The translations under genes were made by a program, and so were the position numbers. The notes below the pieces were generated by a model. That model was not told the origin of the DNA, did no database searches, and saw only the letters and a program-made list of their open reading frames with translations. A DNA stretch of 64,000 nucleotides from Ylistrum balloti (Eukaryota): positions 1,860,001 through 1,924,000 of the forward strand of contig NW_026781978.1 in assembly GCF_031769215.1 (NCBI RefSeq). Direction: 5' to 3'. This document shows, piece after piece, positions 15,101-27,498 of the stretch (its first letter is position 1; every line of letters begins with the position of its first letter).

Positions 15101-18100
15101 AGTACGCTTGTGGGATTCTTTGTTATATACTAAGCGGTTAATTTTCTAAAATGGCATTACTATGTTTAGCTCAACTTACAGGGCTGGTATCACCGACTTC
15201 GTTTGATCGATCTAGAATTTGAAATATGAATTTTGCTTCAGACTTTTGTTTCAAGCAAAAAACTTGAGACTCCATTCGACGAAATAACATTCAACAGAAA
15301 AATGATAAAAGAAAATTATGTTCACGAAATGTTAGCTCATACAATGATTCGTGTTGTTAACGTCTTGCACAGTAGACATGTCAGTACTCGGCTTGAACGA
15401 TGTCATAATTTTAACAGAACATACAAACAAAACAGTAATTATTTCAGAATGATGCTTCTGGAGTTAAAAATATATTTTTGAGAACACTGTGACATTGTGG
15501 TAGAATAAAGTCAGTATCTGCATGACAAAATGAATGTGATTATAAACTGTGAACCTGGATGATTAATATTGATTGGGATTATGAACTGTTTGTGCGTATA
15601 CAAATACTCTGTCAGTTAAACCAACAATCGCTACTTTCTGTCTAGCAACATTTGTTGACCGAATATAATAAACATAACTAAAATTATTAATCCCTTACTA
15701 CAGCTTAAAGTGATTACAATATTTTCATTGCTAACTCAACACATGCACGCACCTACACATACAATGAAACACATTATGTGTAAACATATAGTGTTGGGAA
15801 TCATAGACACGAAATTACATGCGGTTGAACATTAAGACTGCGAATACTAAAGCACACGTTTTAAACTACATCATACAGCTTTTTCTTCCATCCAAGACTC
15901 GTCATTGTTGTTAAGCGAATTTTGAAGCTGAACAGGAGAGTGATGAAAATCCAAAGTTATCGAAAGAAAAGTCAACATCTAGCTAAACAGATCCATTAAC
16001 CCCATAATTCAATATATTGCGTAATTTTAATAAATCAGATAATTTCAGAACAACAACGAATATATGTGTATACTCTGAATCATGCCATTATGCGAACGTA
16101 GCATACATGTTACTAGCATTTTATGAAGTGTATCGTCAATAAATAAGTTAAAATGATAAATGACACATTTATCTTTTCTTTCTAACTTATCGTCAGATGT
16201 TAAAATCACTAACCTTTCATCTTGTATCTGCTTGCCAAGTCCAATACTACGGCTCCTCCGAGCTCTCTTCCAGCAAAACAAACTCCATTGGTGTTAGTAA
16301 AAGTTATATAGAAGCTCTTCAATTTAGGCATGTTGAAACACTTTTCACATTTTATGTCGTCTATAAAAGTTGATGAGGTTGAAGTCAGTTCTCACAATTA
16401 TCAATTTGTCATGATGATAGAAACTTCAATCCTAACAGTTCCATTGATTTCTTTCCAAATAGAAAACCTGTAAGACAATAGTGGCCAACTTTAATCTGTC
16501 GCAATTGTCGCTTGAATGAGCTCACTCCTCTATGCTGTATGTATTATCATACGAATCAAGAGACATGTCTCCCGGAGGTAATATAACCCATACGTTTCGT
16601 TACACTTTAATTTTTCATGAAATGTGATCACCTGAGTTGATGAAAAACGTTATATGGCATTCAAATGTGTCTTGCTGGTGCCTTTCTGTTGGTATTTAAT
16701 TCCAAAGATGAAGTCCACGTTCTGACTCAGAGTTTTAGAAAACAAAATCTATGTAAACCTCCACTCTAATGGTGACTATTAATTAACAGTCGAATTACAC
16801 ACTAAAATTCATTAAGGTATCACAATTCACAAGGTATCTTACCGAACACATGTTACATAGTTTGATAGCTACAGATAGACGAGCCCAGTAGCCATACACA
16901 AGAGGCAGCGACCGTAGCGTGTTTTACACTGGTGACAATCGATAGAGGATGGACCACCGTATGACATGTATATTCTTCATTCTCATGTTTACACGTAGGA
17001 TTATTGGAAATTATTCAGAACTAAATCGGTGAAGGCAGAATAATTTGTTAGCATATCATTAGTAGAATAGCTTCGTTTGGTAAATAGTCTCCTGTGTTTA
17101 TTCAAAAGTATATTTCCGCGTCTAAATTAGTAACAAATTAGAAATTTAAATCTATATAAACTGTACACAAAATACCTGAAGAGATAAAAAAATCTATAAA
17201 AAGGGAAGAAAATTTTCAAATGGGCTTAAAATTGACAATTAAAGTTCGCGCTTTAATAATTCTGATTTACTTCAGAGAAAAGCGACAACAATATGATACG
17301 TATGAAATCGATACTACCTGAAAAAATGTTGATAGCCATTAAAAAGTAAAACTTATTTTCATAGCTATTGTCATCTCATTCAGCATAATTCTATCTTGTT
17401 TATGCTCAGGTTTCTTCACTAGTCTTATTGCCTTCTCATATCTCTCCATAACGCAAGACCAGAATACTTTGTATATCACCAGAGTTAGAATGTACTAGTC
17501 ACCTAACGTACTTTCATGAAAATGATCAGATTGCCAAAGTTGTATCAGAAAGGATCTCTTTAAAAAGTTAATCGGGAAGGGTAAATGCTCATCGAAAACA
17601 CTCGCCATGTGTATCAATTCAAATAGGCAATGTCACATTCCGAAATGAGAACAAGGATGACACTAACTGAAACACCAGACATATTTATATGCATAATACA
17701 CATCAAACTTTATTCCACTCATAGAAACCGTTTCTTAAAGTGACAATTACTTTGCCACCTTAGATTGAATTTGGCATGACTGCTTTCCGCGTCATTGACG
17801 TGACTGCAGATTTTTGACGCACAGGTCGATATCAAGAAGTATATATTTCTGAAAACATGCAAGGGTGACCGCAATCGTAAACATTTCTATACAGCCGTTC
17901 CACGATCAAAGACGCCCCCGTGGGAATTTGTCATAGCGACCTCAGTCTCCAAGGATTCTGGAATATGTGCTTTCTCTTAGATGTAACGACCGTATATTGT
18001 GTCATAAATGACACAAGTATGACAATGTGTTCTAACTAGATTAATAACAATCATGTTTTATCAAGAACACCTCAGTCTAGACCAGCTACTCTGGTATATA

Positions 18101-18699
18101 TAATTTACTCTGAACAGAGACGGATTTTGTCAATGTTCGGTATTCCATCTTACAGAAGTAATGCTTTGACATAGTAATCATTACTTTGTAGTTTTGTTAA
18201 AACTGGATAGCTGCATTACTTCTATCGTTTGTTTAAGTTTTTGTCAATGAAACAATCATCTTTCATAGGCCTGAACGTTATGTTATTAAATTGAATTATA
18301 CAGTGTGCGGTACAAGATCGTTGAAAATGTTCATTCATTATGATGTTTGTTCCAAGGTAGTTGTGAGTATGCTAAATCTACACAAATGGTGACGACTTAA
18401 AAGTAAGATACATAAATACATACAGTATGATAATTGATTATCTTTTATCGTTAAAATCAGATGAGGAAACAAGAGAATTACACAGCGTCGCATAATACAA
18501 TTTTCGTCTTGGTTACAGATAAATCTTAATGAGGATGTAGATATGAAGTCGCATGTTTTTAGGATGTTCGTGTGTGATTTCCCTTTTCTCACCTTTTTTA
18601 AAAATCAAATTCTAATCCTTTCTAAATGTTCCGTACGTCTTCGTTTGCAATAAATGTTAATAAGGATGTAGATCTGAAATAGCATGTTTTAGGGTGTTC

Positions 18700-18959
18700 A
18701 TGTGTGATGGTGTGTGTGTGGGTATGTGTCTGAGGGTGTGTGTAAGGGTGTGAGGATGTGTGTGTGCGAGGATGTGTGATTGTGTGTGTTTGAGGGTGTG
18801 TGTGTGAGGGTGTGTGTTAGAGTGTGTGTGAGGGTGTGTGTGTGTGCGAGGGTGTGTGTGTGAGGGTGTGTGTGTGGGTGTGAGGGTGTGTGTGTAAGAG
18901 AGAGAGTGTGTGTTAGGATGTGAAGGTGTGTGAGGGCGTGTGTGTTAGGGTGAGAGGTG
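18700..18959. repeat. Degenerate (GT)n/(GTGTGAGG)n low-complexity tract
   Basis: GT-rich interrupted microsatellite. Confidence 0.9.
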
Positions 18960-20659
18960 ATAAGTAAAACTATGCAAACATCAATGTTTGTAGATACTGT
19001 GGTTAGTTAGTTTTGTATGTCGTTCCTCTTAGGATAATTAAGCCCAGAATATAAATATGTTATTGAAACACAAATACTATAACCAAGAATCTTAAGAAAT
19101 ATTTCATAGTCATGTCAAAAAGCTGTCCAATTGTTCATTACAATTTACACAAGTTAAATTTGTAATGTACATTGGCCATATGTAACTTGCCATACCAATC
19201 AACACGGTATATTCAGTCAGTGTGTTTTCGATTGGCACACAGATATTTTTTACGTTTGCTTTTATATTTGTTCCTAAAAACCGACGGATTATTGTATCAT
19301 TTTACTTCCAATATCAAGGAATATGTTCTTGATAAAATCTATTTGTATAGTATACGGATGTACTGTACAATAATGAATGTAATGGACTGGTTGCATGGTC
19401 AATCAATAATGCATATCAGATAGATCAATTTGCAGTAGTATCCTATTTAGCGGTCCTCCTATATTTACATACGAAATGACACACAGGGAGGTATTCATGC
19501 GTGCCCCAGACGGCTGATAATAGGGATAATAAACAGGATGTCTCAAATGTCACTGTGAAAATGGATACAAATGTTGATCATATCTGTAAGTAAATGTCAG
19601 CGAATGGTATAACTTGAAAATATATATTAGCCGCATTATTCTTTGAACAATTCATGCCCAAGCTTAAAAACAGATTTACTATTTGTCATAAATGTAACGT
19701 AATTTGGTTAAATGTTGGATCGAAATTGCTCCATAAATACATGGTCTGACTCGAAAAACGTCAGAAAACTTTAACCTAACTCATAATATATAAGTCAAAA
19801 TAATAAAAAAAAGTCAAAATTCGTTAACTCTACCCAAAACTATAAACTAAGTAAAAAAAAACTTCTCCAAAGTCAAAAACAATAACACGAGTAAAATATC
19901 GTTAAACCAACTTAAAAATGCAAAACAAACCAAAAACATTCATAAGAAAAATAGAAATGAATGAATAATAAAAAAAAACCGTAATTCACGCCCAAAATGT
20001 ATCAATTGCACCAAAAAACGTAATCCATGCTCGAAAGATATAAAATAGGCAATAAACGTAACCAAGACTCAAAGCCTATTAAACGAGCCAGAAACGTAAT
20101 CCGAAGTCAAAAACTTTGAAAGGAGTTAAGAGCCGAAATCCGTAATATAAAAAGCAAGACAAAAACAAATCACTCTAAATAAAAGCCTATTAAACGAGCC
20201 ACCAACGCAGTCCAAAATGATGTAGAAAACAAATAAAAAAAAAAACGTAATCCAAAATCAAAATATATCAACTGATTACGATAAGAATCAAATCAAGTGA
20301 CCGCGCAATATCAGTGCTCTCTCACGGCGTCTTTCATCCAGGAAAATCTGAATAATGCAACGTTATCAAAAAGTGACCATGGTTAATAATAGCGAAATCA
20401 CCAAGTACACTAATTTGCATCAAAACACCTTACTTCATTTAGCAAATGGAAATACAATGTTTCCGAACTATGGTCAAAGTCACTGTAAATGAACAGAGAT
20501 GAACACCAACGCATTAAACGGTAAATTGGTATAACTTTCAAAGCATACTCTAGAAACGATAGCACACCTATACTTGATGTACTTTCAAATATATGTATCT
20601 GAAACCGAAACTGATGAGCAGTAAAGTTTCGACTGGGATGATTCACAGCCTGTTGCAAA

Positions 20660-21066
20660 TTAAAACAAAAGCCATCCAGAAAATGTAGAGAGGTCTCCAC
20701 CCAAAATGCCGGAAGAATGCTGTGCACCTGTTCGTACCCAGACAGTTTCCCCAGGAAGCGCTGACGTCACAACTACATTGGATGCGGACGAGAACTCAGA
20801 GTGACTTCCAGAATCCGACAACGCCATACCATACAGATTACCATTAACAGTTAACTCTGTGTGTACACTAGTGTTGTTGAAGCTGACCGTTGTCCAGAAG
20901 AAAACATACGTGCCTGGTGTAGGAATTGTAAAGATCCCGGTAAAATAATTGTAGCCATTTCCGATGTTGGTTCGGACATGATCGAATTTGATCGTTTGGT
21001 GGTTTCCAATGTTTTCTATGTTGGACTTCAGTTGTACGTAGAATGCTACTTGTGCTGCTTGTATCC
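20660..21066 (-). CDS. C1q domain-containing protein, last coding exon (globular C1q domain)
   Basis: Acceptor ttattacAG|GG (phase 1). VAFYVQL...IKFDHVRTNIGNGYNYFTGIFTIPTPGTYVF...VWVR...FSGWLLF* contains the canonical gC1q motifs. Confidence 0.95.
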
Positions 21067-21691
21067 CTGTAATAAGTAGATGACAGCTCATTCAAGAAGC
21101 AATGTCTCAAAGAGTATACAGTGTTACCGTTTAATAGATGATATTTTAAGTTTGACTTTATTTTCAAGGCGTGAGATTCAGATCCAATGTGTGATGCATG
21201 ATCTTTCGCGGAAGTTATTTGTTCATTTACTTCGTGCACAAGTGAGAATAACATTATTGATGTTTAATGATAATGTGCATTACAAATCTTATAGAGTCAA
21301 TAACAAAAGTAACATTAGATATATTATATGTATACTGAAGTCCTTACGAGAAGAGTTTTTTTTTGTAAAATTGTTTGCCTGGTGTGGACTATGCCTGCAA
21401 TATATATATAAAAAAAATCCGACATATTAAGCAATTCCTGAAGTTTGGGGCGATGCAAAAAATAGTCGGTTTACCATTAATAACTTTTGTGGTTGATTAG
21501 GGTCAAACTGAACTTTTCGATAGAATATATGAAAAACGCAATTCGATTTCTTTAAATGTACTGTGTCGGCTGGTAACGGCTGTTTTTTTTTCAATTTACC
21601 TTTTCCCCAAATAGGAAATCGTTTTCTCGGTAAGGATAAAGCCAAAATAAAAATAGACGACTAATGGGGTTGAATCGCTCATTTGTTTTGC

Positions 21692-22022
21692 AAACTAGAA
21701 ATAAAATTCTCCAAACATGCTACTACTATGTTAATTGGACAGACATGACGGCCCTTCAGCCTAGCACGCTACGGGCCCAATATATACATAATTACCCTAA
21801 GACTATTGCTTACTGAGAAGTTGTTTGAAGACTTCAACATATCTGACCCCTGTGACCTGTGGCCCAAGGTCATTCATTAGAACAAACTTAGTAGCTTTCC
21901 GTCCAAACATGTTACGTGCTCCCGGTTACTAAAATTAAGTCGTTTAAAGTGAAACGTTGACGCCAGACGACATATGCCGCGCTACGAGAGGCCTCGTCAC
22001 TTAAAGGGCACGTGAGCTAAAA
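21692..22022. mobile_element. Degraded non-autonomous Helentron-like fragment in the C1qDC intron
   Basis: Ends GACGCCAGACGAC...GCACGTGAGCTAAAA and contains TGACCCCTGTGACCT, resembling molluscan HINE ends; heavily diverged. Confidence 0.4.
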
Positions 22023-22523
22023 TGACCCATATCAGCCGACATACTTAACACCTACAAAACGAATCAATTTTAGTGTATATATGACATATGTATCCACATA
22101 TCTGCGGTAGAATCCACCATGAATTTTGCCTTTACTCTGCTTTTATTCAGCAGAAAATCGTTGAGGTATTAACGGGCTGATACGCCAGTTATCAGGGAAT
22201 GTGACCCCGTGGAGTGCACGAGTCCGTGCGAACGCATGCAGGTTTCGGTATATCATAAGGCTGCATTTAGAAATAGCCTTGTCATAAGTGGATATCGACT
22301 TATTTTAAAAACCAAAATTACCTGTTCATAACCAGCATGCTACATGTCTTATACTGCAAAAGCTTTATGTTTGCTAAAATATTGAATCGGAAACATTTTC
22401 ATGGAAATTACGAGAAGAATTATAGTGTACCCTCAAAACTTATGAACAATGGAACGTCTCAAAAATAGCCTTTATAGTACTTACTGTAAATATAGATTTA
22501 TATAGTGTGCTGTCAAAACGTAC

Positions 22524-22950
22524 GTGTGCTTGACCTGGAGAAAACAGGTAAGTCTTGTCCCTGATCCAAATATTCTTTTCGCTGAAATATATCGATATCA
22601 GAAATACCAATATTCATTTTCATCCTGTCAATCTCTTTACTTTGTCTGTCGATAGTATTTCGTAGTCGTGCCATCTCAATTTCACAGGATCTGGCGATGT
22701 TTTGGTATTCGTTAAGTTGTTCCATGGCCTCTGAAAATCGAGAGTTTGTTTGCTCTTGGGTCATCATAAACTCCTGTACTTTCATCGCCGACAGCTCATG
22801 CATCGAGCTTTTTGTCGTGGTCGTCAAGTTTACAGCATCATCATTCGTGTTTACAGATTCATCTATACACCACGCAAAACAAACACAAGAAAAAACTACA
22901 TGAAGTGCTAGAAAATTCGACAGTCGATTATAATACAGGAACATTTTCAT
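22524..22950 (-). CDS. C1q domain-containing protein, first coding exon (signal peptide plus coiled coil)
   Basis: Hydrophobic N-terminus (FLALHVVFSCVCFAWC) and a heptad-like segment (MEQLNEYQNIARSCEIEMARLRNTIDRQSKEIDRMK). Donor C|GTACGT is phase 1 and matches the gC1q exon, giving about 277 aa. Confidence 0.85.
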
Positions 22951-25066
22951 AATACTCTGATCATAGATCTAGCGACAATAGAAAATTAGACGTAAAGATA
23001 ACCTATAGGTCAATGGTACAATGTATTTAGATAACACTGCCGGTTCTTATTGTAAAGGGCACCTGTTAGTCCCATCGATTCAGCCACGTACTGGTGACAA
23101 AAACAAAACAGTAGTAACTGTCGCATAGGAAAAACAAAAATACTACTGTGTGCATGCAGTTGAAAGAGAGTGTTATTGCTAACACACCACTTTCTCTAGA
23201 CACACATTATACAACTGGAATATGTCTATGAGACAAGAATTTCTTCCATCATTTTTTCCTGTTTTACCTGTTCAAGATCAATAGAATCTTACATTAGTCT
23301 GTTGTGGAGGGAGTCAGCAATACCTCATATTTAAGATATCCGACATATTAAGTTATCCCTAAAGTTTGGGTTGATAACAAAAATAATTCTGTTTAACCGG
23401 TGCTGACCAACCAAACCCTAACGTGAAAGTTGGGATATGACTGCCCAAGAAACAGATCCATGTTTGATTATTTTTGTCGTCCATACTAAGAACGACAGTA
23501 ACAGTTTTCAGGTTGTTTGTGCAACGCCCCATCATCAATACTCCGTGAAATGTGCGTTTGAACTGGTAACGTAATCAACTGGCGACATGGTTATACAGGA
23601 CAAACCTGAAATACAATGCAATCGGCCTATAGAATTAATCTACGCTAAATTAAGCAGGAATAACATTCTAGTTTGACTATATCATTGTATCGACAAATAC
23701 TTCAGTTCATTCGTAATAAACTACCGGATAGTTGAATGAGTGATTTTTTTCCATACGCTAAAGTTAATTCAGTTACTCCAATGTTATAAAATTACCGAAG
23801 CATGCATGACTGCCATTAGCATGTCATAACTTCCTTCTTCTATTATTATACATGATATATATACATGTACACACTACAGTTGCTAGCATAGATCATCTAG
23901 ACGGATCTCACGACCCCAGTTTTCATATTACCGTATCCATCCCGTTATAAGCCACGGGACCGTCACTTACATTATGTACCATATTACGTGGATTCAACAG
24001 AGCATTTATTGACATTGCCACTGAACTTACAGTAGCTGTTCCGAGTCGGAATCAAAATACTGCAAATGCAAATAATTTTCTAAAGACTGAAATGAGTAGA
24101 TTTTATCGTGTTGTTGGTTCGCTGTCTACAGTGAAAGATAAAGTAATGACGGAGTATTACATAATGTTGCCATGTTTTCCTGTGATTTCAAGTCATCAAT
24201 TAGAAAGTGTTTCACGTCAGATATTCCTAATTTACAATAAACAAATAACACACAGCTACTTGTGGTACATATCTGTTGTGCACGTTGTCATCATGACCCG
24301 TAGAAATAAATCATAAACAACAAAACTACTCAAATATTTGTTTAATGATGTCCAGAAAATAAATAATAATAATTTCTTAATTGATCTTTGATAGTTGTAA
24401 TGATATTGTCAAGTCATGACAGCATATCTATGGTTACCATCTATCAATGACTGAAAATAAATGTAGACGAATATTACTCTTTAATATACAGGTGTACATT
24501 GAAGAAACGTATTACGATGGAATACATGTATGCCTTTTCTCAAATTCTGTATTTCAACTATCTGAGTCAAAAATACTTTGAAGTCATATATAAACATATT
24601 TTTCAAGTTAACTGATCAGTCTGGACGATCGGACCATTGACATTTGTTATTGTCACCAATGAAATAAAAAAACTCTTTTTGCTGCAGTTGCAACACTGAA
24701 CGGTGGAACTCTCTACCATAAAAGGTTTTGACCACCATTAAGAAAAAGTAGACCTATCCTGGACTACTGAATTAGTTGACACCTCTACTATGTATAAACT
24801 AGTAATCTCATGTGAATGGGAGGAAAGCTAGCATTTCAAAACAATAAACAGCTTAGAGATCATATCATCATGCATTATCCCCAAAATATAAATGTTAATA
24901 CATGTATATAAGTGGTTACCTATTTAGTAATTGCTAAATATAACGTTTTCCTTACATGAAATGGATTTCATATTTTGAAACAGATTTATACGATCCGACT
25001 TTATAAAATTACAGTTGTGTATCAGTTATAAGGATAACTCTTTGGTGACATGAAATTACATTCAGC

Positions 25067-25298
25067 CTGGTACCGGTTGTTCAAAGACTTAAGATATAAA
25101 CACTGGTGAGTGAAAATGTTAAAAAAAACCTCCCAACACTATTTATTATTTCATGAATGTAGACTTGTTGATACAGGTCAAATCGATATATCATCAATGT
25201 TTCTTTTGCTTTTAAAACTCTTGTTTGATCAGTGAAAGCAATTCTGTTTTTATTACCTACTGGATAACTTTGACTAAACTTTGAGCAACCGGGGCCAG
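25067..25298. mobile_element. MITE with 20-bp terminal inverted repeats
   Basis: Left CTGGTACCGGTTGTTCAAAG versus reverse complement of the right end CTGGCCCCGGTTGCTCAAAG (17/20 match); 232 bp, non-coding. Confidence 0.65.
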
Positions 25299-25404
25299 GT
25301 TTCTGATGAAAAATAGAATAGTGGAATTATGAAATGGCCATGAACAGTGACCTTATCATGTGTTCTAAAAAGCAAAGCACTGACATGTTGTTACCTGTAA
25401 TATA

Positions 25405-26033
25405 AACAAAGATACGAGACGTATCCCAAAAAGTTTGCCTCTGTAGGTAGTATAGACAGAAATGTTTTCTACTGTAAATTACATACATTGTCTCTGGTTT
25501 TGAAACAAGGCTCTCTCAAAGCACTAATAAATTATTAATATGCACCTCTGTGTAAAATTGTACTCTTGTTTTCAAAACAAAAACATTAATCCAGTTTATA
25601 AAAGATAAATCATCATCAGTTGTAATGAAAACACATTCAATAAAATGGGACAAAGCCACAATTGGCCAGGTTGCAGGATGAGTGCAGTTTCTATATGGTG
25701 CTAAAAACAACGTTTCGGCCAATGAGAGGCTATCAAGCACAAAACAACATCTCAACCAATGAGGGGCAAAGGCTGCAATCTTGGCTTTTCCCTGCCAAAC
25801 TGCGGAAAGTGCCTAAGTTCCAATGCCCGGAAAATAAAAAAAATGCCCGTAATGAATCCATAATAGGAGGTGCACATCATCAACATATATATAAACATCC
25901 TACAAAGTTTCAAGCTTCGACGTCAAAAACTCTAGGAGTACTTGATTCTACAACACTGGTAACCCTTTTCCCCACCCGCCCAACATTCACAATACTATAA
26001 CCCTGATTTGCACTGTTTGCAACCTGGCCAAAA
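25405..26033. mobile_element. Possible degraded non-autonomous Helentron-like element
   Basis: Contains AAAGTTTCAAG, CCCACCCGCCC and a terminal ACTATAACCCTG...CCTGGCCAAAAA, similar in layout to HINE elements; boundaries uncertain. Confidence 0.3.
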
Positions 26034-27498
26034 ATGTGAAAAACAAGAAGTTATTTATCTATTTATTTTCTAGTTTCTGATCTCCTGATAAGAATACTAC
26101 CATACTACGAAACAATGCTATTATATCAACCCTTGGCACCAAGAATTGTTACTTTTTTTTAGCTTTGGAAAGGCTGTTTTGTCATACTCCAAGTATCATT
26201 GGCAACACAAATGATGTGACATCATATTAAAATTTTGACTTTAACATAAATTGATATATGCGTTTACCATCAAAAACATGAAGAATCTCGAATAAACATA
26301 GTAATTAAAATAGCAAACTGTAAAAAATGAGTTGGTATTAACATCTATTATCTATGACGAAAAGCTTTATTAACTGGTCATGATGTCAATAACTATAAAG
26401 AAGATCAAATATATAATAAAACAGTCATATTTCATAAGACATGCACAATAGGGTACCGAATTTTTGAGAGAAAAAAAATTGTGTCAAAACATTAAATGAT
26501 AGCCATCCTTTCACTAATACTGAAATTTTTGCATAGTAAATATCAAACATTTAAAATCAACATAAATCAATATTGCATAGAAGTTTGGTACAAAAGGTAC
26601 TGAGGTATTTTTCACTCTCTTCCAACAAATAGTACCAGATGAATTCCACTTTACAGATATTAATGAATACATATGACAAAACATTTTCAACAAACTACCA
26701 TGAAGGCAAATATCAATTTTATAAGTTGATCCATTTTTCAGTTGAAAAGTTCAGTAAGATTTGAGAAGAGCAAAACTGGATATAACACAAAGCTAATCAA
26801 GATCAGTGGATTTCTTTTGTAGATAATAAAAACAGATACAACGTATATCAACACAAGACCTGATTTCTTAAAGAAAAAATAGGTACATATATGCAATACA
26901 TATAAAATATACAGACAGCAACCAAATATGGTACGGCGATAATGACATATGGCCGTAACTTTAACTCTCAATCTGATAAGTATATTAGATGTTACAGAAG
27001 ACAGGATGTGAAAATAGAACACAATATTGTTATCTATATCGCGGAGATGATGTTATTAAGCAATCTATTATATCACTTATTGTAATGTAAATCAAAATAG
27101 GTAGGAAAAGTTAGATGATATGCTGAAAGACAATGTTGAATATATACATACACTGTCTTGTTTTGACACTGAGATAAGATCGTTTTGTTAGAGATCAGAC
27201 AATACTTTGGATTATCAAGTCCGAATATGATTCAACATATTATGATTAGAGTATTGATTGGCTTTAAGTTCAACTGTGCTTTCCTACACTAAAGGTCAAG
27301 AATTGACATTAGTTACAAAATGTTATTTAATGTGAGCATGATAAGTGTGCTTTTTCTTACACTAAAGTATAAAATTGATGGAAGGAAAGACATGTTACTT
27401 AAACTGAGCTTGATAGTGTGAGTTGAATCAACATATAACATGATTTATCTAACAGTTACCTTGAATTTAAATATATCTTTCTGGCCAATTTCAAAAAT

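Noticed and set aside
17870-17960. Missing first exon of the ARRDC gene (EVAMTNSHGGVFDRG)
   Set aside because: Weak resemblance only, in-frame stop and no suitable phase-1 donor.
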